The notes: generated by a model not told the origin, from the letters alone. Counted from the stretch's first letter, positions 1 to 13,864 are shown. The stretch is 64,000 bases of DNA from Octopus vulgaris (GCA_951406725.2 OX597835.1:29078001-29142000), one strand, 5' to 3'. Numbers and translations: made by a program.

Positions 1-196
1 AGTTAATCCAAACATGAAAGCACGAGAAAACACAACAACGCGAGGACTTGGAACAAATATAGTATTATTGGACGCTCAGGAAAGAAGGAAAGAAGGAGGG
101 TTTAACGCTTCGAGCGGAGCTCTTCGTCGGAAACATAGGAGAAGGGAAGACAGAAGGAAAAAAATCGCCAACGGTACACACGCGGTCACATTTTGA
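1..196 (-). mobile_element. Short (TA)n-associated element carrying a minimal hammerhead-like motif (100-134); same family as 51606-51787
   Basis: Reverse complement matches 51606-51787. Minus strand reads GTTT-CCGACGA-A-GAGC(tcc)GCTC-GAAG-CG-TT-AAAC. Followed by (TA)n. Confidence 0.7.
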
Positions 197-238
197 ATAT
201 ATATATATATGCATGGCAATTGAAAGACGGAAGATGGA

Positions 239-301
<63 letters not shown>

Positions 302-460
302 CAGATAGAGAGAGAGAAAGAGAGAGGAAGGAGAGATAGATAGATAGATATCCCATTTTGTCTGATTGTGTATAGAAGAATATATTAATGCATGCAATTC
401 CAACTAATTCTGATTTTCATGTTTTACTATTTGCAATTTTTACAATTTTACATTATTGAA

Positions 461-502
461 ATAAACTAGTGCTTTCAATCGTCACGCAGTCGTCAGGTTT
501 AT
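461..502 (-). ncRNA. Type I hammerhead ribozyme-like motif (degenerate stem II)
   Basis: Minus strand: ATAAAC-CTGACGA-ctgcgtgacgatt-GAAA-GCAC-TA-GTTTAT. 6-bp stem I, intact core, CUA triplet. Confidence 0.65.
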
Positions 503-537
503 GTAGTGACAGTCGTGTTCCACAATTGACAAATGTC

Positions 538-591
<54 letters not shown>

Positions 592-592
<1 letters not shown>

Positions 593-816
593 TTTATTCA
601 AGGCAGCAGAAAATTCAACAAAACCTGTTACTCTGAGTTTCCCGTTGCCGTTCGTCGGACAGTTTTTGCTAGAAAACTGTCCGACGAACGGCAACGGGAA
701 ACTCAGAGTAACAGGTTTTGTTGAATTTTCTGCTGCTTTGAATAAAGCATATTACTCTACCACTGGTATTTGAGTACTCTTTTTTCCACCTTGTTTCACA
801 TTTATGTGTTTACTCC

Positions 817-820
<4 letters not shown>
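592..820. mobile_element. (TA)n-flanked foldback element with 75-bp inverted arms, each carrying a hammerhead motif
   Basis: Arms 592-666 and 673-747 with one mismatch. Plus-strand HHR at 677-714. A deleted second copy lies at 38435-38575. Confidence 0.75.
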
Positions 821-880
<60 letters not shown>

Positions 881-2077
881 GAGAGAGGGAGAGGTGCATC
901 TTGGGGAAGTCATTGTCTAAATCGACCTGTATGGCGTCAAATGTGTCACGGTGTATCAAAATAATTTGAGCTGAAGAAACAGAACCGTAAAAGAAATATA
1001 TCGTGCAAGCAACAGACATATTTGCCCAATCCTGGCCAAAATCAAAATCATCGTTGTCCCTAATGTGACTTCACAGCAAATTCCATTCTCATGTCCAGCG
1101 CAAATAGATGCATCTTCCTATGTTCTTTTATTTTTAAAGTTGTTTTTCTTTGATGTTGTTTTTAAAATCTATTTAATTTTTTTCTTTTAAATCCTCTCCT
1201 TCAGAAGCACATACGTTGAAATCGATGGGAGCGACCATCGGATGTATGTATATAGAAAATTACTATTTTCTAATCTCACAACGTGAGATATTCAGCAACA
1301 GTACTTTGTAGTAAAGATTGTTTGCCAACATAACATGGCAGTCCAGGTTTAGGATGAATGTTGCAGTAATTTAGCCCAGCTGGCTATACGACACGATCTG
1401 TGTCCTTACATTTTCGAACAAGGGAATCTAGCATCCACACTCAGCTCAAAACAACATCTGTGTATCGTGATTTCTGTGCTGATGAAGAGAAATAACCCTG
1501 AAATCATTATACAAATTTAAGAAACAAACACTCATGACTTTTTTCTTTTAGAACTTTCTTGCATGAGATTGATGCTATGAAATTCCTCGCACTGAGCTCT
1601 ATCATTTAAGCTTAATTAAAATATAGTTTGTTTTAAAATAAAAGTTACTTATATTTAAATCCAATTTTTTGCGTTACTTATATTTTTTTTTACATGACAT
1701 TTCACCTCAAAACTTTTTTTACACAATTTTTTGTTGCATGGGAACAAAACTATAAAATTCTACACGCTTTCTTCTCTCATTGAAGCTTAGATAAATATAT
1801 TTTGCTTTTAAAATAAAAAAGTTATTTTGATCTCAACTTCACTGGTAGCGTTATTTACTCTCCTGTAACGTTGCTGCAAATTTTGATGTAAACTTTTTTC
1901 TGTTGGACGAAATCTCAATTTTTTATGCTAAAATGTAACTAGGGATCAGTCCACTTCAAAAATGTTAACAGTTTTCCGTTTGGGTAAGAACTGAATTAGA
2001 GACAAGCTCTGAAAGGTGCTACGTTTGAGTAAATTGCGGCTGTAAGAATATTATTCATCTACTACCGTAGTTGAATG

Positions 2078-2176
<99 letters not shown>

Positions 2177-2215
2177 CACACGCGCACACACACACAAACA
2201 CGCACATATATATAT

Positions 2216-3925
2216 ATGAGGGGATACCCCACCCGACAAAAAACTGGAAGTTTGCAATATTATTTTATTCACTTAATTTCATATGTTTACACATTTATCG
2301 CCTTCAAAGTATTTTCCATTCAAAGCAATGCATCGGCCCATTCGCGTTTACCACTGTTCGAAGCAGTCCCGGAACTCTTGCGAAGCGATGGTTTTTAACG
2401 CCTCCGTCGTTTTGTTCTTCACCTCTTCCACATCTGAAAATTCCCATGGCACTAGCTTTCGTCACCAGTGATGACCATCGAAAAAAATGTCCGGATCAAT
2501 TTGCAGCTGTTCTTTCGGTTTACGACATTTATTCTGTCATGAAAACTTTTGATCTTCCGCGAGCAAGTGAGGCACACATTTTGTTGCATCTCTTTTCATT
2601 CGCAATTTCTCGTTCTAAATTCGTTGGCAGGAGCTCCAAGACGCAGAAGTCATATCAACAAGTTCATCAATTGTTTGGTGACGGCCCTGCAAGATCAGTT
2701 CACGAATTTTCATGATGCTTTCATTTGTTCGGGTGGTCGACAGCCACCCTGAACGAGGTTGGTCTTCAAGCAACAAGCGATCCTTCCTAAAGTGTGAAAA
2801 CCACTCGTAAACCTGTGTTTTGCTCATGGCAGATTCCTTGTAAGCTATTGGGTTCGTGCATAATTATTGCAGCTTTTTTTTTCTACAAATTTTATAGGCG
2901 AAGGATTGGCTGTGTGGTAAGTAGCTTGCTTACCAACCACTTGGTTCCGGGTTCGGTCCTACTGCGTGGCACTTTAGGCAAGTGTCGTCTACTATAGCCT
3001 CGGGCTGACCAAAGCCTTGTGAGTGGATTTGGTAGACGGAAACTGAAAGAAGCCCGTCGTATATATATATATATGTATGTATCTGTGTTTCTGTTTGTGT
3101 GTCTGTTTGTCCCCCTAACATCGTTTGACAACCGATGCTGGTGTGTTTACATCCTCGTAATTTAGCGGTTCGGCAAAGAGACCGATAGAATAAGTACCAG
3201 GCTTACAAAGAATAAATTCTGGGGTCGATTTGATCGACTAAAGGTGGTACTCCAGCATGGCCACAGTCAAATTACTGAAACAAGTAAAAGAGTAAATGAG
3301 TAAGAGTATCAAAAACAATAACATGTAACAAGAAAAACTTTAAATGATTATTTCGGAGCATGTTCACCATCTACTTCAATTTCTGCTTTCTATTTGTTTG
3401 GTAGATGGTCAGATCGTTATTTAACCCTTTAGTTACTGCATTTATCTTGAGATGCTCTGTGTTTCTTTCGATTAATTTTTAAAATACGAAAGAATTTAGT
3501 AAAATTACTTAGTTATCATTAAGCTAGTGTTAGGATCACAAATTGTGACCAAGGTTTGGTGGAAGATTTTAATTCAAATATGACATTTGTACTCAGATCC
3601 AGAGCCGGCTTATATATAATTATTATTGTTCTTGTTGAATAAAATTTGTTGAAAAAAAGCCCCAATAATTATGCACCAACCTAATATTTCAAGCATGAGA
3701 TGTTTCGGCTGCCGTTTTCCCCAGCTGCAAACAGAATTTCACGGAAGCTTGCGGTTATTTCATTTCAACCATCGCAAAAGTCGTGGCAGTGTGAAACCCG
3801 ATGATGACACCGGTCGGGAGACTGATGCCAGAGGGTCGCATCAAGTGACTTCTAGCGGTGGAGGCCTGAACTTCAATGGGCTTGTCCCACAGAGAACATT
3901 TCCGGTTACATTTTGGCACGTCCTC
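2216..3925 (-). pseudogene. Decayed mariner transposon remnant interrupted by a SINE and a TTAA-type MITE fragment
   Basis: ORF 2615-2827 (MSKTQVYEWF...LEDQPRSG...TIDEL) resembles the mariner transposase HTH region. TA-bounded TIR-like ends at about 2216 and 3925. Confidence 0.65.
2897..3306 (+). mobile_element. tRNA-derived SINE family A
   Basis: A box TGGCTGTGTGG and B box GGTTCGGTCC, internal (TA)n, GAGTAAAA-type tail. More than 10 copies in the window. Confidence 0.85.
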
Positions 3926-3997
3926 ATATATATATGTATATATATGTATATATATATATACACATATATATATATATATTTATATATATATATACAT

Positions 3998-4058
<61 letters not shown>

Positions 4059-4234
4059 GATATATATTTATATACACATATATACATACATATATTTATA
4101 TATATATATATATATGTATATATATAAAGATGCATATTTATATATGTATAAATGTATACAGTTTCTATATATTTTGTACCAATCATAAAGAATTTTAGTC
4201 GGAATTATCGACCACATTATTTATTAATTTTTGT

Positions 4235-4523
4235 AAAGTTTGGTACTTATTCGATCAGAATCTTTTGCCGAGCTGCTAAATTACGGGAGGTAAATAACCG
4301 AACTCTAGATGTCAATCAGTGGTCTGGGGACAAACTCATGAGCAAAGTCAAACACACATAATACAGGCTTCTTTCAGCTTCCTTCTACCAAATCCATTCA
4401 CGAGGCTTTGGTCAGCCCGAAACTATAATGGAATGCACTTCTTCAAGGTGCTATGCAGTAGGACTGAACTTGGAATCGTGTGGTTGACAAGCAAATTTCC
4501 TACCATACACCCACGCCTGCGCC
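4235..4523 (-). mobile_element. SINE family A, diverged copy
   Basis: Similarity to the other family A copies. Confidence 0.7.
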
Positions 4524-4532
4524 TATATATGT

Positions 4533-4568
<36 letters not shown>

Positions 4569-5283
4569 GTATACACGTATACATTTATACATCTGTGTAT
4601 AAATCTATAGATGTTTAGATATACTATATAAATAATATATATGTATGTATTTATGTATGCATTTAAGTACGTAGCTACGTGTACGTACATATGTGCTGTG
4701 TACTGGGTGCTTTGCACATGTGCTATATTTTCGCCTTAAGTGCTTGCAGAATCTCCCGTTAGTCGCCAGGTGGTTTGCCATGTCAAAGATAGTTTCTGTT
4801 TTCTGACTTAGCAAAACCCAAAATTCTTTTGAGCACGTGACTTATCTATTATTGTTCAGCTCTCTTCCATACCAGCTGCCATCTCGGAATTTCGGTTCCG
4901 TTTGCCATTTGCGAAGAAGTTCTTTATATACAAGCATACATAAAGGCATAGATACATACATGCGTACTTACGTTCAGGCAAACTTAAGCACAGACACACA
5001 CACATACCTGCATATATGTGTGTATCTATGAATGATAATATATATAAACGTATATGTATTTATAAGTATGTATGTATATATGTTTGTATATATATATATA
5101 TGTGTGTGTGTATATTTATATATATATGTATATATATATATATATATATACAAACGTATATGTGTATATATGCACATGCATACATATACGTATTATTACA
5201 TAGCGTGTATATACATACATACATACATACATACATACATACATTCATACATTCATACATACATACATACATACATACATACA

Positions 5284-5317
<34 letters not shown>

Positions 5318-5371
5318 CATACATACATACATACATACATACATACATACATACATTCATACATACATACA

Positions 5372-5407
<36 letters not shown>

Positions 5408-5754
5408 TAAATCCAGCCCTTTCTTTCATGCCTGTAATTCTCAGCCTACGAACTGGGTCGGCCAAATTATTTATTTATTCATTTATCTATTTATTTCTGC
5501 CTTTGCTTATTTATTTCTTAGATAATCTCTTTAGAAATAAGGGTTTGGCCGTCACAGTTGCTCTTTGTTATAAAAGCTTTCTGTCAGCTTGTGTCTATTC
5601 TAGGATTTTTGGGTTTGGTTCCTCAGCCACAGGTGTGTGCTATCCACGTCACTGTCCTCCTTATCTAATTCGTACAAATATGTATACTTGTAAGAAATTA
5701 TGTGTTTATATAATACATATGTATGTATATTTCTATATGCATATGTGTGTGCAC

Positions 5755-5827
<73 letters not shown>

Positions 5828-5943
5828 CACACACACATGAATATATGCATATGTATAAAATTGCATACATACACACGTATATATGCATAAATATACTTGC
5901 ATATAGATAGAGAGATACAGAGTATGTATGAATACATACATAC

Positions 5944-5987
<44 letters not shown>

Positions 5988-6032
5988 GTATATAGATAGG
6001 GAGATACAGAGTATGTATAAATACATACATAC

Positions 6033-6092
<60 letters not shown>

Positions 6093-6235
6093 GAATATAT
6101 GTATATATAACAGTCATATACATGCATGAATACATACACACTCATACACGTATATGTATATGTACATGTATGTATATATACACATCTGTGTGTGTGCATG
6201 TGTTTACACACACACACACATATGCATATATGCAC

Positions 6236-6276
<41 letters not shown>

Positions 6277-6578
6277 GGTAGGTCTGTATGTATTTATGTA
6301 TAATATATATATATATATATGTATATGGCGTTTTTCTTTTGTTTAAATGTTGGCGACACTTGACATGAAATATTTCTTCATTCTCTAATTGTTCTAAACT
6401 ATTCGTGTTTTATTTTTAACCTTAGTTCCTCCCTTCTCGTTGATTCTTTCAGGAATTTCGTTACGGCCATTATTGCTCTTTGTCTCTCAATGAATTCTTC
6501 GAGAATTTACGTGAAGTGTTTCGTGCTATAAAGTCGATAAAACAATACATATTTCCAACAATTATGTTATGTAATTAT

Positions 6579-6625
<47 letters not shown>

Positions 6626-6747
6626 TACATCTATATGCATATATACGCATATATATACATGTATATATATACACGTATATATGTATATATATATTTATAT
6701 ATATATATATATAGGTATGTACTTATACATACATACATATATATATG

Positions 6748-6793
<46 letters not shown>

Positions 6794-6824
6794 TACCTAT
6801 ATATGTATATATATATATATATGC

Positions 6825-6874
<50 letters not shown>

Positions 6875-6996
6875 GTATATATGTACATATATATATAAAA
6901 ATTAGCGTCTGTGATACTCTTATGTGCTACAGATATTGAGAGAGATATTTATGTATGAATGTCTATGCATATTAATGTATGTACGTATATACAAAT

Positions 6997-7089
<93 letters not shown>

Positions 7090-7598
7090 TATGCATATAT
7101 TCATGCACATACACTCACACACACTCACATACACTTAAGCACACATAGATATATTCCGGGCCAATGCAGGACCCCTTTAAGAACAAACTGAATAAACATA
7201 GATTCTGTTTTAGCATACAATAGGTGCGCCATGTTACAACTTTAGTTAGCTATATGATGATTAAAAGAGAATGCAACGGAGAAGAGTATCAGTTTAACGT
7301 GTTCACACTAGTTTGGTGCTTTTTTTAATTGAAAGCGCAAAATAAATTGAAGCTACGCTCATGAGCAGAAATTCGTTTTAGTACGTATTCTATGTAAGCC
7401 TAGTACTTCTTCTGTCGATCTCTTTTGCAGAACTGCTAAGTTGCAGATGACGTAAACACCTCAACAGTAGTTGTCAAGCTGTGATGGGGGGACAAACAGA
7501 CATAACCAGTGAGATATGTATGTATGCATGTATGTATGTATGTATGTATGTATGTATGTATGTATGTATGTATGCATGTATGCATGTATGCATGTATG

Positions 7599-7629
<31 letters not shown>

Positions 7630-7899
7630 GTATGTATGTATGTATGGTATATGTATGTATGTATGTATGTATGTATGCATGCATGTATGCATGCATGTAT
7701 GTATGTATGCATGTATGTATGTATGTATGTATGTATGTATGTATAACAGAAAAAGAGAGAGATACACAGGGACGGAGAAAGAAGTTGTAAGGAAATGGCG
7801 TAAGGAAGTAAAACGTTGTGGACCGCAAGAAATGAAAAAAAGAAATTTTTGAAGACTGCTCACACGGACATCTCGCATCTACATAGATACACACACACA

Positions 7900-7967
<68 letters not shown>

Positions 7968-7974
7968 ATGGCAC

Positions 7975-8468
7975 GCAGATGTCGATGAATGGTTGAATGA
8001 CCAAATCCAAGCTTCTCTGCTAGTTCCTCAACAGTTACCATGGGATTTTGTTCCACCAGGGTTTGCAGGACGTCCTCTTCGAGTTCTAGAGATCTTCCAG
8101 GACGAAGCGCGTCTTGTAGGCTGTAATTTCCGGCTCAGAATTTCTGGAACCCCTGTTGACCCTGCCTTACGCTTATTGTCCGATCCACATATACTGCAAT
8201 AATATTCCTCGCACCTTCCATTGAATTGTTATCTTTATTGATCTCATAAAGCATAATGTGCCGAATATGCTCCTTTGTCAGTCCCATCATAGCTTTGAAA
8301 AACTGTTAAGATCGAACTGCACTCTTCAAAACTTGCACTAAGAATAAGTACAAGGTAAAATTAATATCTGCGTTAATAGCAAGTTGATAGAAGTGGTTTA
8401 TCCCGTCCCCCACCGACTTTTTGTTCATGCAATTAAAAAAACCACATTATCTATGGGATGACCCAATT
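7975..8468 (-). pseudogene. Mariner 5' remnant
   Basis: Translation EQNPMVTVEELAEKLGFGHSTIHRHL is a mariner HTH2. TIR-like end near 8445-8468. Confidence 0.7.
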
Positions 8469-8606
8469 TATAGATTTATTCACACACACTTACACACAGA
8501 TTCATACATTTGCACAGAAATGCAATTATACGAAGATCGACAAACCACGAAGTTCACCATAGACTAAACTGAATCTGTACTTCATGAATTGTAATTATAC
8601 TTAACG

Positions 8607-8671
<65 letters not shown>

Positions 8672-8709
8672 CTATCTATCTATCTATCAGAGACTGGAAG
8701 ACGCTCGTC

Positions 8710-8774
<65 letters not shown>

Positions 8775-8898
8775 ATATATATATATATATATGTTATAAT
8801 ATATATATATAAAAATTAAAAATTGCATAATACAGCAGCATTTTCGAACTTCATTTTTTACAAATATATATATATATATATGTGTATGTACATATATG

Positions 8899-8933
<35 letters not shown>

Positions 8934-9856
8934 GTATATATTTGTGTGTGTGTATATATATGCTCGTATGTATATATTTGTGTGTATATGTATCTGTGCT
9001 TGTTCCCCACCATCGCTTGACAACCGTTGCTGGTGTGTTTATGTTCCCGTAAATTAGCTGTTCGGTAAAAGTGACCGATAGAATAAATACCAGGCTTACA
9101 AAGAACAAGTCCTGCGATGGATTTCTTTCACAAACACACACACACGCACACACACACATACACACACATACATACATACATACATACATACATACATACA
9201 TACATACATACATACATACATACATACATACATAATTAAAACATTTTCCCCAGAAATATATATAGAGAGATTTGTACATTAGAAAGACGATTGTCTAAAG
9301 TATATAAATATATTCCGTTGTCCACTAAAGCATTGAAACAACATATTCTTAGCTGACTGCTAAGAATGCGTTATGTATGCAAATTACTCTCTCCGAGTTA
9401 CTGAATGTCTACTTAATAGAGCAGTTATGAGATAGCATTACTGTGGACGCGTAATGATAGGACAGAGTTGCTGGGGCGATTCCAAGACAGGATTGAAAGT
9501 AAGCTGATTCATCATTTTTCTATCCATTCAGGTATTGTATGCACAGAGAATGTGCTTAAATATCTCTGTTACTTACCATGTCGACTAAAATATATAGATA
9601 TATTCTGCTGTAAAGTATTTCATTGTAATGAAAACATACCAGTACTTATGCACACTCTCTTAACAACATTTTCCTTCATTCTTTACTTTTTTCTGGCGAA
9701 GGCGCTTCCGTCTGAAAAGTCAAAACTTTCTTCCTTGCTTTTTCTTTAAGCGTAAAACTAATACGATATTTTGTGAAAACGTTCCTTCTATGTTTTCCTC
9801 CTTGCATTCACATTACACCGATACAAATACATATTACTCACGCGCGTAATATATGT

Positions 9857-9911
<55 letters not shown>

Positions 9912-10169
9912 AAGTCAATCGCCACATCAAAGTGACTGTCCCATGTTACTGCTAGTTTAACCCCAGACACATCTTCCACCTGTTGGTTATCAGTGCGAAG
10001 CTGCGCCCTTTATATACAATATGTACATACACCTACCATCCCGAAGCAGACAACAGGATCGCGAAACTGACTCAGTTTCGAGCGGGTTGGCTGATGCTCA
10101 GTCGCGAGTACCTGGTCGCCAGAGCGACAACCAGAGTCCGCTCCAGCCAATGATATGCTGTAAACAATA

Positions 10170-10514
10170 CATTGTATTATTCGGCTGTACTATTCTTTAG
10201 TGATATGTGTCTTGTTACAGGAGCCACCGTAAGATGTTTTCATCCACCCCAAGGTACCTGTAACAATCCTCGTCAGATACAGGATTAACAGTTAAGTCAT
10301 TGACGGAGATGTTCTTAGCCTGTTTTCCCTCTTTTTGCAACTATATAACAATGTTTATCCTGACCAAACCCCAACCCTTTATCTTTTGAGAATGTTGTAA
10401 CCAGGCCAAGGCTTTTTTCATCTCATGCATATTCCTTGCATATAGTTTCAAGTCATCCACAAAGAAACAGTGTGTAATTTTGGTATTTCTGTTTCCTTGT
10501 GAACCAGTGAGATA
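10170..10514 (-). pseudogene. RLE-class (R4/Dong-like) non-LTR reverse transcriptase fragment
   Basis: Minus strand gives ITHCFFVDDLKLYA, then GFGQDK, then CYRYLGVDENI (RT motifs 5-7). The 5' break abuts (TACA)n. Confidence 0.75.
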
Positions 10515-10613
10515 TGTATGTATGCATGTATGTATGTATGTATGTATGTATGCATGTATGCATGTATGCATGTATGTATGTATGTATGTATGTAAGTATG
10601 TATGTATGTATGC

Positions 10614-10645
<32 letters not shown>

Positions 10646-11145
10646 TGTATGTATGCATGTATGTATGCATGCATGTATGTATGTATGTATGTATGTATGT
10701 ATGTATGCATGTATGTATGTATGTATGTATGTATGTATGTATGTATGTTTGTATGTATGCATGTATGTATAACAGAAAAAGAGAGAGATACACAGGGACG
10801 GAGAAAGAAGTTGTAAGGAAATGGCGTAAGGAAGTAAAACGTTGTGGACCGCAAGAAATGAAAAAAAGAAATTTTTGAAGACTGCTCACACGGACATCTC
10901 GCATCTACTTTGTAACTGGAAGATAGATAAGGAGTGAAGTAGGTAGAATCAACAGCTTTAACAGAAGGTTGTTTACTCATATTTTAGGCACGGGAATATC
11001 AAAAATAGCTGTTGATAAAAGAGAAAAGGTTAAATTTAATGTATTTGAGTGTAATGGTAAGTTCGTGTGTGTATGTGTGTGTGTGTGTGCACCACCATAT
11101 GTATTTGTATGTATATGCTATATATACCTATACATATATATGTGT

Positions 11146-11191
<46 letters not shown>

Positions 11192-11288
11192 CTGTGTCTG
11201 TATATATATATATATATATATGCACACACACATATATATATATATACAAATACATATATACATATATATGCATATAGTATATTGCCCA

Positions 11289-11326
<38 letters not shown>

Positions 11327-11507
11327 CATACATATATATATACATATGTATGTGTGTATGTATATGTGTGTGCTTATAGGTATGTATGTATATATGTATG
11401 TATGTTTGTATATATATATATGTGTGTGTATATATGTATCTATATACATACATACCCATATAGACATACAGAAAATGACGAAGATAAAACATACATGCAA
11501 TACATGT

Positions 11508-11547
<40 letters not shown>

Positions 11548-12947
11548 CACACTTAGATATTCGTGCATATAATTATATGAAATCCGGTTTAGTAAATATC
11601 AAAACGAGTTGGAATGGTTTGGTGTAAATATTTGTGTAGTGTGGTAAGTCTATCTGTATAGCTTCACTTGTTTTTGTTTGTTTGATTGTTTGTTTTATGT
11701 TGTTTTGCCGTGTATTGTCGAATAAAGAAACAAGAAAACACAACATGGCGGGAAAAAAACAGAAAGGAAGACATTAAGAAAAAATATAAATGAAAACAAA
11801 TATATAAAGAAAAAAAAAACAAAAACAAAATCGAAATAGAAAAATGAAAGAAATAAAAAAAAACAAATAAAACAAATAAACAAATAAACATTATCAAACA
11901 AAAGAAAGAGAAAAGGAAGAATTTTTTTAAAAGAAATTAAGGAAAAAAGAAAGAATATTAAAACAAACGGTTTTATGATAGTGTTTTTATCACTGTTTTA
12001 TTGCGCTTTTTTTAGTTTTATATTACGATGTTCTACAAATTTTGAAATTTTATTTTAATCTATTAATTTCTATTATTACTTATTATTTTTATATTCCGAT
12101 TTGTTTTTGTGTTGTTTTATTTCACTATATTTCGTCTACTTTGTTTTTTATACTTTATGCATTTTTTGTTGGGGTTTTCTCAGTAGCTTTTAAAATCTTT
12201 TTTTGTTTGCTATTAATATTTTTACTTAAATTTACTCTTCTAAATTTTATTTCGAAATTTACTACGTTTTATTTTTTACGATTTAATATTTCTATTTTTT
12301 TTTATATTTTCACATTTATTTTCACTGTACTAGTTTCTTTAATCTACTATTTTCATTTATCATAATTTATTTACTCTATCTTATTTTAAATTTCAGTATT
12401 TTTCATAAATTTATTTCCTAATTTTTTATTTGATATTTATTACTTATTCTAATTATATTTTACTATTTAGTAGTTTTTATCTTCTTTTTCTTTTATTGCT
12501 TTTTATATTTTACTATATCCTTTTTTTATTTCTCTTTTATTTTGCTTCTTTTTTATTCTTCTATTCCCAAGTGTGTTGTATGTGAAAGTGATACAAACAA
12601 AATTCTTTTGTTATGATGGTCTGAGAAATAAAAATAAAGAAAAGTAAAATGCAGTGAAATAACTTAAATGTCGAAAAAAAAAAGACCCGAACAAAAAGAA
12701 AGGCACACAGAGCCATCTTACGCACACCCCACACCAAACACACACAAGTATACACACACCCGGGCGCACATACACACATACACATACACACATCTCGTGA
12801 TTATATGACTCAGTGGGAATATATGTGTGTGTAAATGTCTATATGAAAGTGTATATATATATATATATATAGCTCTAACACAAACACACACACGCGAGCG
12901 CGCGCGCATACACACACGCACACATACACACACACACACGCACACAT

Positions 12948-12983
<36 letters not shown>

Positions 12984-12989
12984 TGATAG

Positions 12990-13312
12990 GAGCACTCCGT
13001 CGGTTACGACGACGAGGGTCCTAGCTGATACGAGCAACGGAACAGCCTGCCCGTGAAATTAATGTGCAAGTGACTGAACACACCTCAGATATGTGTACCC
13101 ATAACGCAGTTCTCAGAGAGATTCGCAGTGATACAGTATCTGACAAGGCTGACCCTTTTGAAATACAGGTATTCACTCATTTTTGCCAGCACAGTGGACT
13201 GGAGCAACATGAAAATAAAATATCTTGTCTAAGGACACAACGCATCGCTGAGTATTGAACTCACGACCTTACGTCCGTGAGCCGAATGCACTAACCACTG
13301 AACCACGTGCCT
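12990..13312 (-). mobile_element. tRNA-derived SINE family C (CORE-like central domain)
   Basis: tRNA head and TTGTGTCCTT..CAAGA.A.TTTATTT domain, shared with 32225-32575, 34640-34965 and 57975-58275. Confidence 0.75.
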
Positions 13313-13438
13313 TATATTGGTATATATTGAAGTATACACACGCACACACACACACACACACACACACGTATAAAGAAAAACTGATATAGGCAAGTATATA
13401 CCTATATGCATATATATATACTTGTATATACATATATG

Positions 13439-13491
<53 letters not shown>

Positions 13492-13619
13492 ATATATATT
13501 GTGTGTGTGCAAATATATGTGTGCGTGTGTGTTCGTAGGGAAAGAGAGATAAAGAAAGGTCCGTATTCAATATGCCCAATATAGGTTTTTATCTCATTAT
13601 AAACAGGAAAATGAGTAAG

Positions 13620-13660
13620 TTCTGACCAGTTTCAAATCTTATTATGCCTTCATCAGAAAA
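13620..13660 (-). ncRNA. Decayed minimal hammerhead-like motif
   Basis: Minus strand: TTTT-CTGATGA-AGG...TTT-GAAAC-TG-GTC-AGAA. Canonical core and GUC triplet, weak stems. Confidence 0.5.
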
Positions 13661-13864
13661 AGATTGCCCATCTACGTAGAGATAAGTAGCTTAAAGATAA
13701 GACTGTTGCTAATGTTATTGTTGTTGTCGATAGTGATGGTATTGATGCTGATGTTCATCTATATTGCTGTTGGTGTTGCTACAGGTGGTGGTGTTTGTGG
13801 TGGCAGTATTCTGGTGTATTAGGCTATCGTGTTGAGCAGGTCCATCATGCAATAAATATAATAA

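Noticed and set aside
1989-2026. CTGAATT-AGAG..CTCT-GAAA hammerhead-like string (similar at about 63584)
   Set aside because: The core lacks G8 and A9 with no compensating change, and stem I is absent. Probably chance.
3671-7191. Long ORFs rich in YI, HTYI and MYVC
   Set aside because: These are translations of (TA)n and (TACA)n microsatellites, not genes. The same applies throughout the window.
9944-10266. Putative solo LTR (TGTTAC...GTAACA)
   Set aside because: There is no TSD, and the right end lies inside the RLE RT reading frame (CYRYLG).
11660-12660. A-rich then T-rich tract with hydrophobic ORFs and a possible splice acceptor
   Set aside because: Low-complexity sequence with no recognisable protein or supportable exon.
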